From Gemmatimonadales bacterium (GTDB lineage: Bacteria; Gemmatimonadota; Gemmatimonadetes; Gemmatimonadales; GWC2-71-9): a DNA stretch of 64,000 nucleotides. The stretch is taken from positions 1,730-65,729 of the forward strand of contig DATNIM010000021.1 of NCBI GenBank assembly GCA_035604455.1. Direction: 5' to 3'. This document shows, piece by piece, positions 63,632 through 64,000 of the stretch. Each line of letters begins with the position of its first letter. Positions within the stretch are counted from its first letter, which is position 1. Position numbers and translations under genes: made by a program. The notes below the pieces were generated by a model. The model made no database searches. It was not told the DNA's origin and saw only the letters and a list, made by a program, of their open reading frames with translations.

Positions 63632-64000
63632 TTGTCGACCAACGTCGACTCGCCTGAGTGGCGCGATCCTCCGGCGGGCCGGGGGTCGCAGCAGCGGTTC
63701 GAACGCCTGCTCGCCGCGGGTTTGGAGATCTTCGCCGAACACCGCCTAGAGGGCGTACTCCAGCGCGTGACCGATTGGGCCCGCGTCTTAGTGGGCGCGC
63801 GGTACGCGGCGCTGGGTGTCCTGAGCCCTGATGGGGGATCCCTCTCAGCGTTCGTAACCTCAGGGCTCACACCGGCGGAGCGTGCGGCGATCGGTGCGCC
63901 GCCCACCGGCCACGGTTTACTCGGGCTCCTCATCCGCGAGCCCACACCAATCCGGATCCGAGACATCGCGGGTCACCCGTGCCGCTCCGGCTTCCCCTCC
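63632..64000 (+). CDS. GAF-domain sensor protein, N-terminal part (DevS/DosT-like GAF; runs off the window)
   Basis: Own translation from TTG 63632: LSTNVDSPEWRDPPAGRGSQQRFERLLAAGLEIFAEHRLEGVLQRVTDWARVLVGARYAALGVLSPDGGSLSAFVTSGLTPAERAAIGAPPTGHGLLGLLIREPTPIRIRDIAGHPCRSGFP. Confidence 0.75.
   Translation, partial: MSTNVDSPEWRDPPAGRGSQQRFERLLAAGLEIFAEHRLEGVLQRVTDWARVLVGARYAALGVLSPDGGSLSAFVTSGLTPAERAAIGAPPTGHGLLGLLIREPTPIRIRDIAGHPCRSGFPS

Noticed and set aside
1-64000. CRISPR arrays, tRNA/rRNA genes, insertion sequences, integrases, prophage genes and toxin-antitoxin pairs.
   Set aside because: Reading both strands turned up no regularly spaced direct repeats, no GGTTCGAATCC-type tRNA T-arms, no transposase or integrase motifs and no recognisable phage proteins. 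The only tandem repeat seen is the 2 x 57 bp coding repeat at 32245-32358. This was a by-eye scan, so short elements could have been missed.

Overview
High-GC (about 70% by eye) bacterial chromosomal window, densely packed with about 70 genes. Many gene pairs share 4-nt start/stop overlaps. I found no rRNA, tRNA, CRISPR array, transposase or integrase. The host looks diderm (MsbA, Omp85-like and beta-barrel outer membrane proteins, PBP1A). Lineage cannot be fixed without a database search.

Gene content in order:
- ruvB, a small zinc-ribbon ORF, ruvA, ruvC, yebC, and a DnaB-C-terminal-only ATPase.
- A PorX-like REC-PglZ response regulator heading a tightly coupled MsbA / glycosyltransferase / methyltransferase envelope operon, plus three further GT4 genes.
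- A patatin-ferredoxin fusion, a class V aminotransferase, tyrS, PBP1A and an amidohydrolase.
- argR, a palindromic operator, argG and argH.
- An HNH endonuclease and a CxCxC protein.
- An NtrY/NtrX-like two-component operon that also carries an Omp85-like outer membrane protein and a DUF4390-like protein.
- yjbQ, an NYN-LOTUS-RGG protein, a 3-methyladenine glycosylase and an outer membrane protein.
- An ORF-poor, lower-GC stretch of about 0.6-0.8 kb.
- A CDF transporter, an RlmI-like methyltransferase, aroH, thiE, mltG, ruvX, rho and an M50 protease.
- A cluster of RDD-SpoIIM, a membrane protein, DUF4129, DUF4350, MoxR and DUF58.
- A stress/dormancy-like island from about 50.6 to 64 kb: K+ channel, BON, hydrolase, CBS proteins, phosphoribosyltransferase, prs, an eRF1/Pelota-like protein, an HPF-cold-shock fusion, NUDIX, an ABC-2 exporter, an APH/P-loop kinase and a GAF sensor.

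The most interesting candidates:
- The HPF-CSD plus eRF1-like pair and the DosR-regulon-like island around it.
- The function-unknown MoxR/DUF58 membrane cluster.
- The ORF-poor region with tmRNA-like fragments.
- An ORF of 54 codons with a zinc-ribbon motif between ruvA and ruvB that is missing from the ORF track.

All family assignments come from motif recognition by eye. No searches were run.
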